A stretch of 64,000 nt of DNA from Centroscyllium fabricii (GCA_051313645.2 JBNRSN020000024.1:63860001-63924000), one strand, 5' to 3'; shown: positions 46,065 to 59,960, counted from the first letter of the stretch. Notes: generated by a model from the sequence alone, not told the origin. Translations and numbers: made by a program.

Positions 46065-46505
46065 GTGTTTAACTCAAACGGTGTGAAACTGTCTCCTCCA
46101 CCCTTTCTGAAGCAAAAAGTGGCAGCATAACGATTTACAATCCCAGATCACTTGGTTTCAAGAGCAGAGATTATAACCAAAGAAATATCGGAATGCATCG
46201 AAATTATGGTAAAAGGCTCTCATTGGTTCTAACTGATGAAATCTGTTCCTTCTGCTTCACATAAATTCCGGGGCACAAGAATCAGAAAGGACACGACCTC
46301 ATAATTGTCTCTGTTTCTCTCTCCTGACCTGCCTGAGTGTTTTCAACATTTTTTCTGTTTTTATTTCAGATTTCCAGCATCCGCGGTATTTTGCTACTGT
46401 GTTCATATTTGTCTCTGCCCAACGGGACCTTGTTTTATTAAATTTGATCTGAATTCAAATCGTCAAACCCGATTACGTCGGTCTTTATTTTACTGCAAGA
46501 AGTAC

Positions 46506-46830
46506 CTGCGCCTCTTTGATCAGAACCTCGTCTGACCAACTGCTGGTCCAGTCCAAAAGTTGGGTGTTTGCGTTTAAGAGTTGCTAAGCGACGAGAAAAA
46601 CGCTTTCAGGTGTCCTTCCGGTAGGTTTATGAGTTAGTGGAAGACTTCGGTTTTTTATAGTGCCACTGTAGTTTTGCTCAAACGTCCGCTCAGACCAATA
46701 CGGGTTGCATTTGTGCCGCTGTATTGTGACACTGTTTGCATTCAAGTGTGTCATAAGCGATGGGTGCAGAGTGACAGCATCACCACGTGGTGACAGGGAC
46801 CCCCAGCTAGCCTGTTGCCAGGGAGAGGGT
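46506..46830 (-). promoter_or_regulatory. Candidate EFCAB5 promoter / non-coding first exon with RFX X-box
   Basis: X-box-like GTTGCTAAGCGAC at 46580-46592 in unique, CpG-retaining sequence. A minus-strand donor GCAG|GTACTT lies at 46505. Confidence 0.55.
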
Positions 46831-47102
46831 GGGGAAGTACAAAAAAATCAAACACTTTGTTGCTTGCCAGTAAACAGTCTTTAGAACCTGGACACAAACA
46901 TCTTCTTTATTACTTCAGGGGAAAGTCATGTTTAATTTGAAGCTTCTTCAGTCCAAAATGAGGTCACCTGTCTTAATACTTTTGTGCTCTTGGATAGCTT
47001 TATTGATAAGAACATAAGAAATGGGAGCAGGAGTAGGCCATTTGGCCCTTTGAGCCTGCCCCGCTATTCAATAAGATCATGGCCGATCTTCTACCTCAAC
47101 TC

Positions 47103-48574
47103 AAAGAGTCAGCATGGTTTTACGAAAGGGAAGTCATGTTTGACAAATTTGCTCAAATTCTTTGAGGACGTGACAAACAAGGTGGATACAGGGGAACCAG
47201 TGGATGTGGTGTATTTGGACTTCCAAAAGGCATTTGACAAGGTGCCACACAAAAGATTACCGCACAAGATAAAAATTCACGGGATTGGGGGTAATATACT
47301 GGCATGGGTGGAAGATTGGCTATCTAACAGAAAACAGAGAGTTGGGATTGGCAATCAGTGACTAGTGGTGTTTGGTGTTCCGCAGGGGTCAGTGCTGGGA
47401 CCCCAACTTTTTAAAATCTATATTAACGATTTGGAGGAAGGGACCGAGTGCAACGTATCCAAGTTTGCCGACGATACTAAGATGGGAGGGAAAGCAGTGA
47501 GTGAGGAGAACATAAAAAACCTGCAAAGGGACATAGACAGACTAGGTGAGTGGGCAAAGATTTCGCAGATGGAATATAATATTGGAAAGTGTGAGGTTAT
47601 GCACTTTAGCAAAAAAAATCAAAGAGCAAATTATTATCTGAATGGAGAGAAACTTCAAAGTGCTACAGTACAAAGGGATCTGGGGGTCATGGTGCATGAA
47701 ACACAGAAGGTTAGTATACAGGTACAGCAGGTGATCCGGAAGGCCAATAGAATCTTGGCCTTTATTGCAAGGGGGGTGGAGTATAAAAACAGGGAAGTCC
47801 TGCTGCAGTTATACATCGTGAGGCCACATCTGGAATACTGCGCACAGTTTTGGTTTCCATATTTGAGAAAGGATATACTTGCTCTCAAGGCAGTTCAGAG
47901 AAGATTCACTTGGTTGATTCCGGAGATGAGGGGGTTGACTTATGAGGAAAGGTTGAGTAGGTTGGGCCTCTACTCATTGGAGTTCAGAAGAGTGAGAGGC
48001 GATCTTATCGAAACATATAAGATTGTGAAGGGGCTTGATCAGGTGAATGCGGTGAGGATGTTTCCACTGATGGGTGAGACTAGAGCTAGGGGGCATAATC
48101 TTAGAATAAGGGGCTGCCCTTTCAAAACTGAGATGAGAAGAAACTTCTTCACTCAGAGCGTGGTAGATCTGTGGAATTTGCTGCCCCAGAGAGCTGTGGA
48201 AGCTACTACTTTGAATAAATTTAAAATCGAGATTGACAGTTTCTTGGAAGTAAAGGGAATTAGGGGTTACGGTGAGCGGGCAGGTAAGTGGACGTGAGGC
48301 TAGGTTCAGATCGGCCATGTGATCTCCTGGACAGGTTTCGATCGCCTAGATGGGTCGGAGAGGAATTTCCCAGATTTTTTCTCCCAAATTGGCCACTGGG
48401 TTTTTTATTTGGTTTCTCGCGTCTCCCGGGAGATCACATGGGTTCGGGTGGGATGGAGAGTGAAAGTAGATTTGAGGTTAGGATCAGATCAGCCATGATC
48501 TTGCTGAATGGCGGAGCAGGCTCGAGGGGCCGATTGCCCTACTCCTGCTCCTATTTCTTATGTTCTTATGTTCT
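47103..48574 (+). mobile_element. 5'-truncated CR1 (RT half)
   Basis: ORF 47365-48297 contains FADD. The tail is (TTCTTATG)n and the TSD is AACTC (47098-47102 and 48575-48579). Confidence 0.92.
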
Positions 48575-49072
48575 AACTCCACTTTCCTGCACTATCCCCA
48601 TATCCCTTAATTCCCTTAATATTCAACAATCTATCGATCTCTGTCTTGAATATACCCAATGACTGAGTCTCCACAGCCCTCTGGGGTAGAGAATTCCAAA
48701 GATTCACCACCCTCTGAGTGAAGAGATTTCTCCTCATCTCAGTCCTAAATGGCTGACCCCTTATTCTGAGACTGTGACCCCTGGTTCTAGACTCCCCAGC
48801 CAGGGGAAACATCCTCCCTGCATCTACCCTGTCAGGCCCTGTAAGAATTGTGTATGTTTCAATGCAATCACCTCTCATTCTTCTAAACTCTAGGGAATAT
48901 AGGCCTAGTCTACTCAATCTCTCCTCATAGGACAATTCCCCCATCCCAGAAACCAGTCTAGTGAACCTTCATTGTACTCCCTCTATGGCAAGTATATCCT
49001 TCCTTAGGTAAGGAGACCAAAACTGTACACAATACTCCAGGTGTGGTCTCACCAGGGCCCTATATAATTGCA

Positions 49073-49525
49073 TGATGTGGAGGTGCCGGTGCTGGATTGG
49101 GGTGGACAAATGCAAGAAGTCACACAACACCAGGTTATAGTCCAACAGTTTTATTTGAAATCACAAGCTTTCGGAGCGCTGCTCCTTCCTCAGGTGAAAG
49201 AGAAGTTCATTTAAAGACAGCATATATACAAGCGAGAGAGCAGTCTAATCTCTTCCAACATCACACCTCAGCAGAGACATACAGAGCAGACAAAGGTGTT
49301 TTAACACATTTTAACATATTAATCAGGCACCAGTCTGAGATCAATGAGGTATAGTCACAAAGGGTCAAATGTTGTAGTTTTGTGTCTGTGTGAAACACAC
49401 AGAATGATTTAAAAAAAAGGATTTTCCATACAAGACAAAGACGATTCGAGTCTGGATGACTCTATGTCAGGCGGGGTCACATGTAGCGCGACATAAATCC
49501 AATATCACGGTTGAGGCCGTCCTCA
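49073..49525 (-). mobile_element. Penelope-like element 3' end including the GIY-YIG C-terminus
   Basis: The minus strand reads EDGLNRDIGFMSRYM*. The 12-bp TSD is TATATAATTGCA (49061-49072 and 49526-49537). Confidence 0.9.
49161..49197 (-). ncRNA. Minimal type I hammerhead ribozyme motif (best-preserved copy)
   Basis: UCAC-CUGAGGA-A-GGAGC-AGC-GCUCC-GAAA-GCUU-GUGA. Stem I is UCAC/GUGA, stem II is GGAGC/GCUCC, and a palindromic AAGCUU replaces stem III. Confidence 0.75.
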
Positions 49526-50284
49526 TATATAATTGCAGTAAGATGTCTTTACTCTTATACTCAAATCCTCTTGTAATAAAGGCCAGCATACCGTTTGCTT
49601 TCCTAATTGCTTGCAGTACCTGCATGTTAACTTTCAGTGATTCGTGTACAAAGACACGCAGGTGAATAAGAGATTGGGTGCATATTGACGTGATGACATT
49701 TTCCAAAATTAACATATGAAAAATTGGTGTTGGGAAATTACATTACTGTACTTTATTGGGCATCATCATTGTGAAAAATTGATGGCAAAGAGTTTATTTA
49801 TACTATAAGTTTAGCATCGTTTGCACTAATGTGGGTACTTGAGTTGTGTAAATTGGAGTTAAGGTTTGACCGACTTCAGCTTTGTTTCAGTATCAAGTAG
49901 GGTCCTGGATTTAGACTGCATTTCCACTATAGCTGGTATCAGTGCCAAAGCACAAATGCTTCATACAAACACTATATTTATGGTGTAAATTCACATGAAG
50001 ATTTTCAGCATACACGGTCATGGCGGGAATACTGGCTATCGTAGGCCAGTTCTGCAGTCCAGCCTGCTGGCTGATTCTTTGCCATGTACCTATTGGGGAG
50101 GTGTTCTCTACTTAGCTTTGCTCTGGCCACAAGTGGCTGAGGTAGTTTAGCCAACTTCGTAGGAAGTGGACTGAGCTGGGAACTGGGGAATGCTGACTTA
50201 CATAGTCCGAAGGCCGGGCAAAGAACCACACAGACCTGCAGGCTGAACCAGAAGGCTAAAAATGGATATTAGAGATTCCAGGGA

Positions 50285-50550
50285 GTGAACAGGGAACACC
50301 ACCACCCCCAGGTTCCCCTCCAAGTTACACACTGCTCTGACTTGGAAATATATCAGCGTTCCTTTATCGCCGCTGGGTCAAGATCCTGGAACTCCCTCCC
50401 TAACAGCACTGTGGGAGTACCTTCACCACACAGACTGCAGCAGTTCAAGAAGGCGGCTCACTACCACAATCTCAAGGGCAACTAGGGATGGGCAATAAAT
50501 GCTGGCCTTGCCAGCGATGCCCACATCCCATGAATGAATTTTTAAAAAAG
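50285..50550 (+). mobile_element. 3' end of the LINE family at 54795
   Basis: SWNSLPNSTVG..FKKAAH plus a shared 3' UTR. Confidence 0.8.
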
Positions 50551-50931
50551 GACGTGGTCCTCCAAAACAGCCTGAGCCAACCTCAAAATGATCGGGGAAA
50601 TCATACCCCTCTGACTCCCAGCCACTGCTGATCACATGCTTCAAATGGGAGTAGTTGGTGAAATTAGTCAATATTTTTACAAGTTAATTATATTTTTTTA
50701 AATTGTAAACACATAAAAGATAAGAAATGATTACTTCTGCAGTATTTTCCCAGGCAGAATATCAAGGATTGGAAGAATATTAATAAACTATGACAGCAAA
50801 GCTTGAAGTTTGCCAACATCTCAGCTCTGCAACAACACGTTGCACTTATTAGCTCCTTTAATGTAGTAAAACGTCCTATGGTGCTTGACATGAGCGTTGA
50901 CATGAGCGTTGTCGAGTCACATAAGGAGATA

Positions 50932-51268
50932 GAGGTACACAATCCCTTAACCGCACATCCGAAAACCGAAAACCGAAAAGCTCCGAAAACCCGAGTTGCG
51001 CCAAAACTGACCCGTTTTGAAAGCCAATTCAATATAATCCAGTGATAAAAGTAAAATTAACAAGAAAGTAGAACTTACCAATGTAAAAAAATGGACCCAC
51101 AGGTCCAATTCCTCCCCGAGCCCACAATCTCTTACTGTTTCAGCCTGCGCGCTGGGCCGCCAACACGGCAATGCGCATGTGATCTGGGCACCATTCCGAA
51201 AACCGAAGAAATCCGAAATCCAAGACCCGTCCGGTCCCAAGGGTTTCGGATAACGGATTGTGTACCTG
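50932..51268. mobile_element. Tc1/pogo-like MITE inside an L2 remnant (about 50830-51410, minus strand)
   Basis: TA|GAGGTACACAATCC..GGATTGTGTACCTG|TA. Confidence 0.85.
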
Positions 51269-52253
51269 TACTAGGACAGGTGACCAAGAGCTTGGTCAAA
51301 GAGGTAAGTTTTAAGGAGCATCCTAAAGGAGGAAAGAGAGGCAGAGATGCGGAGAGGTTTGGGGGAATTTCAGAGCTTAGGGTCTAGGCAGCTAAAGGCA
51401 CAGCTGCCTATGGCTTCAGATCACTAGAGCCTTGTAAAATGCTCCAGATTCTGCATGACTCCATATTTTCTTTCGTTAATCTAAGTATCATCCCATCTTC
51501 AGATGGACAAGATTCCAAATAATCAGATTGGGCTCCCACCTGCCTTGCATACTTCTGCAGCTGAGAAAAATGTTTGTATAATATTAAGTTTCATTGAATT
51601 CCAACTTATGGTAACTTTAGTATCTTTCAGCAGAAGGAAGTTAAACCACTGGAGAATGATATGGAGGATATCCTTTGTAAAATGAGCACTTTCCCTGTGC
51701 ATGTTCTGGTGTCATGCAATGCCTCTAATACAGGCTGATATTCAAACAAAATGATGCAGTCTAAAATCAACAGTGTCCAGTACAAGTCAACATTTTTTTT
51801 ACATTTTCCACTCTCCTACTATTAAACATGACATATCCTATTTGCACTTCCAGCTGACAGAATTCACAGGTGGTCAAATAAAAATGGTGCCATTAAGACC
51901 AGCTGGGTTCTGGCTAGAATCGCTGTTGCTCCTGGAGACAAATATAAAATACTTAAATGGATCCCAAGTCATAAAATAATGGTCATAGGAGCCAGCTTTC
52001 TCTGTTAAAGCTACTCGGTGGATTTGTGTTTTTCTTGAGCCTAACAAGCAATAACCATGCATTTGTCAGCAACTAATAATGTGAGTACCTGCGATGGCAA
52101 AGCCAGTCGCTAAGCTGCTCCCATATGGAGATCAAAAAAGTATGACTGGATTCAAAATATCCATGTTATTAATTTAGGGTCAAATCTGCAACTTATTAGG
52201 ATCCAACTAGAGTTCTATTTTCCCATCACAGAAGCAGCTATGAGAAGATTATT

Positions 52254-53019
52254 AGCTAGAAATTAGCTGTCCTGCGCCTGCCCGTTAGCAACCAAAAATG
52301 GCGCTAACAGGGCGCAAGACACTTAGCGCCAGCGCTTGCGCCTACCACGAAATTCAGTGAGGCGCTAAGGTGGGCGGTAACCGGTAGCGCCCTACTGAAT
52401 TTTTCGTGCTGCTGGCTGATGGGAATGATGTCATCAGTGCGCACAGCGCCATTCTGGTGCCCGCGACTGAAATTGGGCCGCGCCCGCTGAGTTTTCAGCG
52501 GGCGCTGACCACGACAGCTTTTTCTGGCCATAAGAACAGCGGGGGAGCACTGCTTAAAGGGGAGGGTGCCGGTCGGCCATTTTTATTGCTGGCCGACTGC
52601 CAGCACCTTCCCCCTCTGCCTCCCCCGGCACCCCCCGCTGCTGCCCCCGCGGTGTCAGGCCTCCGACCACTGAGCCCGGCACTTCCCTCCACTGCCAGGC
52701 TCCTTCTGCTGAATGTCGTCCCACGGCGGCCCCGCGGGGCTCCGGCCGCAGCCGCGCTCGGCCCCTCCACTTTAATCGGGGAGGGAGGCCTGCAGGAAGG
52801 CCGCCACTCTGCACTGCGTGGCGCAGCGACCCCCAGCGCCCGGAACTTTGACTGCAGCGCCCTAAGAACGAGGGTGGGCGCGTGTTTTAGCGCCCGCCCT
52901 CCTACTATGGGTGATACAGGGGAATTTTAGCGCTAACGGCTCCAGCGAATAGCTGCCGCTAAAAATAACGCTGCGCCGAGGTTGGCGCCAGAAAACGTGG
53001 GCGAGCCAATTTTTCCCCC
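52254..53019. mobile_element. GC-rich Harbinger-type MITE
   Basis: Termini CTAGAAATT / AATTTTTCCCCC. Internal homology to 27157-28183. Confidence 0.7.
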
Positions 53020-53319
53020 AGTGAATTTTATTTGTCTTTGATAATGATGTTGATTTGGACATCGTTGAAACGGAATGTTTAAATTCCAGGAGATGGAATT
53101 GAGGTGCTTAGATCTTCATTACTGTGTTTGAGCCATGATTGCAGTAACTGGCCAATTAAAGGGATATTGTGATCCAATATGTTGACGAGAGGTCATTATT
53201 GTAATAGCTTAGAAATAAATTTCTCCCTAACCAACATGGTGGTAGGCAAGGAATCTATTAGAACCAAACAGGGGCAAGAAGAGGGATTATGTCTTGACTT
53301 CTGCCATTTGTTTTACTAC

Positions 53320-53705
53320 CAACTAATAGCGCCTTTCACGATCTCAGTACGTCTCAAAGCATTGGCAGCAAATGAAGTACTTTTGAAGCGCAGTCACTGT
53401 TGTAATGTAGGAAACGCGGCAGTCAATTCATGCACAGCAAGCTCCCACAAACAGCAATGTGATAATGACCAGATAATCTGTTTTAGTGATGTTGGTTGAG
53501 AGATAAATGGTGGCCAGGACACTGCGGAGAACTCCCCTGTTCTTCTTCAAAATACTGCCGTTCAATCTTTTACGTCCACCTGAGAGAGCACTCCCTCAGT
53601 GCTGCGATGCAGTGTCAGCCTGGAGTATGTGCTCACATCTCTGGGACTTGAACCCACAAGCTTCTGACTCAGAGGAGAGTGCTATCACTGAGCCACAGCT
53701 GACAC
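53320..53705 (-). mobile_element. Deu-domain SINE (degenerate)
   Basis: Reverse-complement homology to 10283 and 33517. Confidence 0.75.
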
Positions 53706-53795
53706 CATACTAGGTTTGGAAGGCGGAAATTTCTACATCCAGAGTTTCTTCACAATAATGCCCACAACAACAGTGTCTCACGGATCACTAACTAT

Positions 53796-54168
53796 ACAGA
53801 AACACAGAAGATAGGAGCAGGAGTAGGCCATTCGGCCCTTCGAGCCTGCTCCGCCATTTTGATGAGATCATGGCTGATCATCCAAACCCAGCACCCTCCT
53901 CCTACCCTCTCCCCATATCCCCCGACACCCCCAACTCCAAGAACTATATCTCACACACATACTCATGGGCAATTTTTTTTTAGTATCTCCAATTCACCTA
54001 ACCTGCATGTCTTTGGGTGTTGGGAGGAAACCGGAGTACCCGGAGGAAACCCACACGAACACGGGGAGAACATGCAAACTCCACGCAGAGAGGTCCCGGG
54101 CCAAGCAGGATTCGAACCCAGGAGCTCCTTATTGCGAGGCAGCAGTGCTGACCACTGCGCCACCGTGT
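53796..54168 (-). mobile_element. V-SINE variant with CR1 tail
   Basis: tRNA head (TGGCGCAGTGG, GGTTCGAATCC), V-domain and CR1 tail. Confidence 0.9.
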
Positions 54169-54794
54169 CGTACAGGTTGTGTTTTTTTTGGTAACTTGGA
54201 AACTTATATCTATAATGATCTGTTCGAACTCTGTGGCCACCAATGTGACCTCATTATTGGCATTCTGTTCATTACACACTCTGTACTATTCTGTTCAGGC
54301 TTACACGATGTTATACGTCATTCTTAGCTTATTATTTAAACAGAACATTTAAAACAATTCTGTTAAAGTATTCATTGAACGGCAGCTAAGTGTCTCTCCG
54401 ATGCCTTATCAGTGCAGCATGCTGAGCCATATAGAGCAAGAAGGTTCCAAGTTCAATTGCTAGAATGTATCGAGTTAGCTGTTCTCAAACAGGGGGCAGT
54501 AGGGTTACGAAGAGGAGACTATGCATTGAACCCTATCAGAAGTATGTGTGTGGAGGTTGGGCAAGGATAGGGTCAGACTCAGCAGTGATTCCTGTCATGG
54601 TAAAATAACCTGCCAATGCTCAATGCCTGGGCTCACACATGGAGATTCTCCATTAGAATGGGCAGGCCAACTGCTCCAAAGTCTCATTGCAAATCTCGTT
54701 GCAAGAATATGATTGATGCCCTGGGTGACTTTTTTTCCCTCTTCCTCTTTTTTGATGCCTCTCTCTGGTGATATGACTTTATCAACTACTTTTT

Positions 54795-57700
54795 AAAAAT
54801 TTGTTTATTGGATATGGGCGTCGCTGGCAAGGCTAGCATTTATTACCCATTCTTAATTGCCTTTGGGAAGGTGGTGGTGAGCCACTTTCTCGAACCACTG
54901 CAGTTCGTGTGGTGAAGGTACTCCCACAGTGCTGTTAGGGAGGGAGTTCCAGGATTTTGACCCAGCGACAATGAAGGATCGGTGGTATACTTCTAAGTCT
55001 GGATGGTGTGTGACTTGGAGGGGAACCTGGAGCTGGTGGTGTTCCCGTGTGCCTGCTGCCCTTGTCCTTCTAGGTGGTAGAGGTCGTGGGTTTGGGAGGT
55101 GCTGCCGAAGAAGCCTTGGTGAGTTGCTGCAGTACGTCTTGTAGATGGTACACACTGCAGCCATAGTACACCGGTGGTGGAGGGAGTGAATGTTTAAGGT
55201 AGTGGATTGGTGCCAATCAAGCAGCCTGCTTTGTCCTCGATGGTGTCAAGCTTCTTGAGTGTTGTTGGAGCTGCACTCATCCAGGCAAGTGGAGAGTATT
55301 CCATCACACTCCTTACTTGTAGATGGTAGAAAGGCTTTGGGGAGTCAGGAGGTGAGACACTTGCAACAAACTACGTAGCCTCTGACCTGCTGTTGTTGCC
55401 ACAGTATTTATATGGCTGGTCCAGTTAAGTTTCTGGTCAATGGTGACCCCCAGGATGTTGATGGTGGGGGATTCAGTGATGGTAATGCCGTTGAAAGTCA
55501 TGGGACAGTGGTTATACTCTCGCTTGTTGGAGATAGTCATTGCCTGGCACTTCTGTGGCACGAATGTTACCTGCCACTTATCAGCCTAAGCCTGAACGTC
55601 ATCCAGGTCTTGTTGCATGTGGGCATGGACTGCTTCATTATCTGAGGAGTTGTGAATGGCACTGAACACTGTGCAGTCATCAGCGAACATCCCCATTTCA
55701 TAGAATCATAGAAGAAAGGAGCAGGAGTAGGCCATTCAGCCCTTCGAGCCTGCTCCGCCATTCAATGAGATCATGGCTGATCTTTAGCAAGCTAGTACCC
55801 CGTCCCCGCCTTTTCTCCGTAACCTTTAATCCCTTTAGCTTGAAGAAATATATCCAATTCCCTCTTGAATATGTTTAATGAACTGGCCTCCACCGCCCTC
55901 TGTGGCAAGGAATTCCACAGGCCCACCACTCTCTGAGTGAAGAAATTCTTCCTCATGTCTGTCCTAAATGGTTTACCCCTTATTCTTAGACCGTGGCCCC
56001 TGGTTCTGGACTCCCCCGCCATTGGAAACATTCTCTCTGAATCTAACCTGTCCAGACCTTTCAGAATTTTATACGTCTCAATGAGATCGCCTCTCAATCT
56101 TCTAAACTCCAACGAGTACAAGCCCAGACTACATAATCTCTCCTCGTAGGTCATTCCTGCCATTCCAGGAATCAGCCTGGTGAAACGCCGCTGCACTCCC
56201 TCCATGGCAAGAACATCCTTCCTCAGGCGAGGCGACCAGAACTGTACACAATACTCGAGGTGTGGTCTCACCAGTGCCTTGTACAGCTGTAGTAAGGTAT
56301 CCTTATTCCTATACTTGAACCCTCTTGATATGAAGGCCAACACACCATTTGCCTTCCTAACCGCCTGCTGCACCTGCGTGCTCGCCTTCAGCAACTGGTG
56401 CACAAGAACACCCAGGTCTCTTTGCACCTCCCCATCTCCCAATCTATTGCCATTTAAGTAATAATCTACCCTCCTGTTTTTGCCCCCAAAGTGGATAACC
56501 TCACATTTATCCACATTATAGTGCATCTGCCATCTATCTGCCCAGTCCCCCAACTTATCTAAATCGCCCTGTAACTTCCTGACACCCTCTTCAGAGCCCG
56601 CCCCCCCTCCTAGTTTGGTGTCATCCGCGAATTTGGAGATATTACATTCAATTCCCTGATCCAGATCATTAATATATATTGTAAACAGCTGGGGTCCCAG
56701 GACAGACCCCTGCGGTACCCCACTAGTCACCGGCTGCCACTTAGAAAATGAGCCGTTAATTCCAACTCTCTGTTTTCTATCTGCCAACCAGTTCTCTATC
56801 CACATCAAAACTTTGCCCCCAATCCCATGAGCCTTAATTTTACATGCTAATCTTTTATGTGGAACCTTATCGAAGGCTTTCTGGAAGTCAAGGTACACCA
56901 CATCTACTGGCTCTCCCCCATCTATTTTCCGAGTTACTTCCTCAAAGAATTCCAATAGATTAGTTAAACACGATTTACCTTTTGTAAATCCATGTTGACT
57001 CTGTCCGATCTCATCCCTAATTGTCAAATGCTCCGAGATTACATCCTTGATAATGGACTCGAGCATTTTGCCCATTACTGATGTAAGGCTTACTGGTCTA
57101 TAATTCCCTGCTTTCTCTCTGCCCCCCTTTTTAAATAGTGGGGTAACACTAGCCACCCTCCAATCCGTGGGTACTGATCCAGTGTCTATCGAGTTCTGGA
57201 AAATGATCCTTAAAGCACCCGCTATTTCCAGGGCCACCTCTTTAAGTACCCTAGGATGTAGATTATCAGGCCCTGGGGATTTGTCGGCCTTCAATCCCTT
57301 CAACTTCCCCAAAACCATCTCCCTAGAAATACTGATATCTGTCAGCTCCTCCCTTGCATTAGACCCTATGTTCGCTGCTATCCCTGGGAGGTTGCTTGTG
57401 TCCTCCTTTGTGAAGACAGAACCAAAATATGAATTTAGTTGGTCTGCCATTTCTTTATTCCCCATTATATATTCCCCTGAATCGGTAACATTCGTGCCAA
57501 TCTTTTCCTCTTGATGTACCTATAAAAGCTTTTGCAGTCAGTTTTTATGTTTGCCGCAAGCTTTCATTCGTAATCTATCTTCCCCCTCCTGATTAATCCC
57601 TTTGTCTTCCTTTGCTGTATCCTGAACTGCTCCCAATCTTCCGGCCTGGTACTTTTTTTGGCCAATTGATATGGCCATTTTTTGGATTTAATGTTGTCCC

Positions 57701-59960
57701 TTATTTCCCTTGTTATCCACGGTTGAGTCACCTTTCTAGGTTTATTCTTATGCCAAACCGGTATAAACGAGTTCTGTAATTCTTCCATTCTATACTTGAA
57801 TGCTTGCCATTGTTTATCCACATTCAATCCCCCTAGAAACACTGCCCAATCAATTTTACTTAATTCCCTTCTCATACCTTCATAATTCCCTTTATTTAAA
57901 TTCAGGACCTCAGTCTCTGAGTTGATCTTTTCACTTTCCATCTCAACTGAGAATTCGATCATTTATGATCGCTCCGACCCAAGGGGCCTCGTACAACTAG
58001 ATTGCTAATTAGTCCCTTCTCATTGCACAATACCCAGTCTAAGATGGCCTGATTCCGAGTTGGTTCCTCGACATATTGGTCCAGATACCCGTCCCGTAGA
58101 CATTCTAGGAATTCCTCCTCCCCAGTATTTTTACGAATTTGGCTAGTCCAATCAATATGTAGATTAAAGTCGCTCATGACGACAGCTGTGCCCTTATTGC
58201 AAGCTTCTCTAATTTCCCTTTTTATGCCGTCCCCCACCTCCATATTACTATTTGGAGGCCTGTATATAACTCCCACTAATGTTTCCGCCCTTTACTATTT
58301 CTTAGTTCTACCCATATAGATTCTGTATCATCTGAGTTAATATCCTTCCTTTCAATTGCATTTATCCCCTCTTTCACCAGCAATGCTACCCCACCTCCCT
58401 TTCTTTTGTGCCGATCCTTTCTGAATGTTGTATACCCCGGGATGTTGAGTTCCCAGCCTTGCCCACCCTGCAGCCATGTTTCCGTAATTCCAATCAACTC
58501 ATATTTACTTACCTCTATTTCAACAGCTAGTTCATCCACCTTGTTCCTAATGCTTCTTGCATTATACAAAGCCTTTAGGCTTGTTTTGATCACACTATTA
58601 TGAATTAGTTTGGCCCTTTGTGTTTCTCTCCCTTGCTTATTGCTTCTCACCTTCCTACCATTTATTTCTGGCTTCCTATGACCTCCCTCTTTTCCACTAC
58701 CTAGGTTCCCACCCCCCTGCCATACTAGTTTAAAACCTCCCGAACCGCTTTAGTAAATATTACCCCGAGGACATCTTTTCCATCTCCGTTCAAGTGCAGA
58801 CCGTCCCTTTGGTACAGGTCCGACCTCCCCCAGAACTGGTTCCAATGCCTCAGGAATTTAAATCCCTCCCTCTTGCACCACTGCTTAAGCCACGTATTTA
58901 GCCTAACTATCCTGCTCTCTCTATTCTTATTAGCTCGTGGCACTGGTAGCAATCCAGAGATTACTACATTTGAGGTCCTACTTTTTAATTTATCTCCTAA
59001 CTCCCTAAATTCAGCTTGTAGGACCTCCTCCCTTTTTTTTACCTACATCGTTGGTACCTACATGTACCACGACAACTGGCTGTTCACCCTCCCCCTCCAG
59101 AATGCTCTGCACCCGCTCCGAGACATCCTTGACCCCAGGGAGGCAACACACCATCTTGGTATCTCGGTGACGGCCACAGAAACTCCTGTCTATTCCCCTT
59201 ACAATTGAATCCCCTATCACTGTAGCCCTGCCACTCTCTTTCCCGCCCTTCTGTGCAGCAGAGCCAGTCATGGTGCCATGAACCTGGCTGCTGGTGCCTT
59301 CCCCTGATAAGTCATCTCCCCCAACAGCACCCAAAACGGTAAACCTGTTTTGGAGGGAGATGACCGCAGGGGACCCCTGCACTACCTTCCTGACATTGCT
59401 CTTTCTTTTGGTCACCCATATACTGTCTGAGCTAGCCTTAACCTGTGGTGTGACCAACTCACTGAATGTGCTATCCACAACCTTCTCAGCTTCGTGGATG
59501 CTCCAGAGTGAGTCCATCTGCAGCTCCAGCTCCGACATGTGGACCGTCAGGAGCTGCAGCTGGACACACTTCCTGCACACATAGTTGTCAGGGACACTGA
59601 CCTTATGTTGGAGGGAAGGTCATTGATGAAGCAGCTGAAGATGGTTGGGCCTAGAACACTGTCCTGAGGAACTCCTGCAGCGATGTCCTGGGGCTGTGAT
59701 GATTGACCTACAATCACCACAACCATCTTCCTTTGTGCTAGGTATGACTCCAGCCAGTGGAGAGTTTCCGCCCCCCAGATTTCCATTGACTTCAGTTTTA
59801 CTAGGGCTCCTTGATGCCACACTCAGTCAAATAATGCCTTGATCTCTAGGGAAGTCACTCTCACCTAACCTCTTGAATTCAGCTCCTTTGTCCATGTTTG
59901 GACCAAGGCTGTAATGAGGTCGGGAGCCAAGTGGTCTTGGCGGAACCCAAACTGGGCATC
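54795..59960 (-). mobile_element. Older LINE (RT 3' half; clade uncertain, RTE-X/L2/Crack-like) split by a CR1
   Basis: GVPQDSVLGPTIFSCFINDLPSNIRS at 59597 joins exactly to EMGMFADD at 55698. KCQAMTIS and LGVTIDQKLNW follow. Confidence 0.8.
55699..59596 (-). mobile_element. Near full-length CR1 LINE (esterase ORF1; frameshifted APE; 557-aa open RT)
   Basis: ORF1 motifs VIGDSIVRG, HVGTND and DGLHLN. ORF2 motifs ITETWL, SDH and FADD. Confidence 0.96.

Larger units (their letters stand above)
47010..49660 (-). mobile_element. CR1 3' fragment split by two younger insertions
   Basis: The tail is at 47010-47102 and the RT C-terminus at 48575-49072 and 49526-49660. Confidence 0.88.

Noticed and set aside
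50005-50236. Minus-strand ORF or small AG..GTAAGT exon upstream of EFCAB5
   Set aside because: No recognisable homology and no supporting neighbouring exons.
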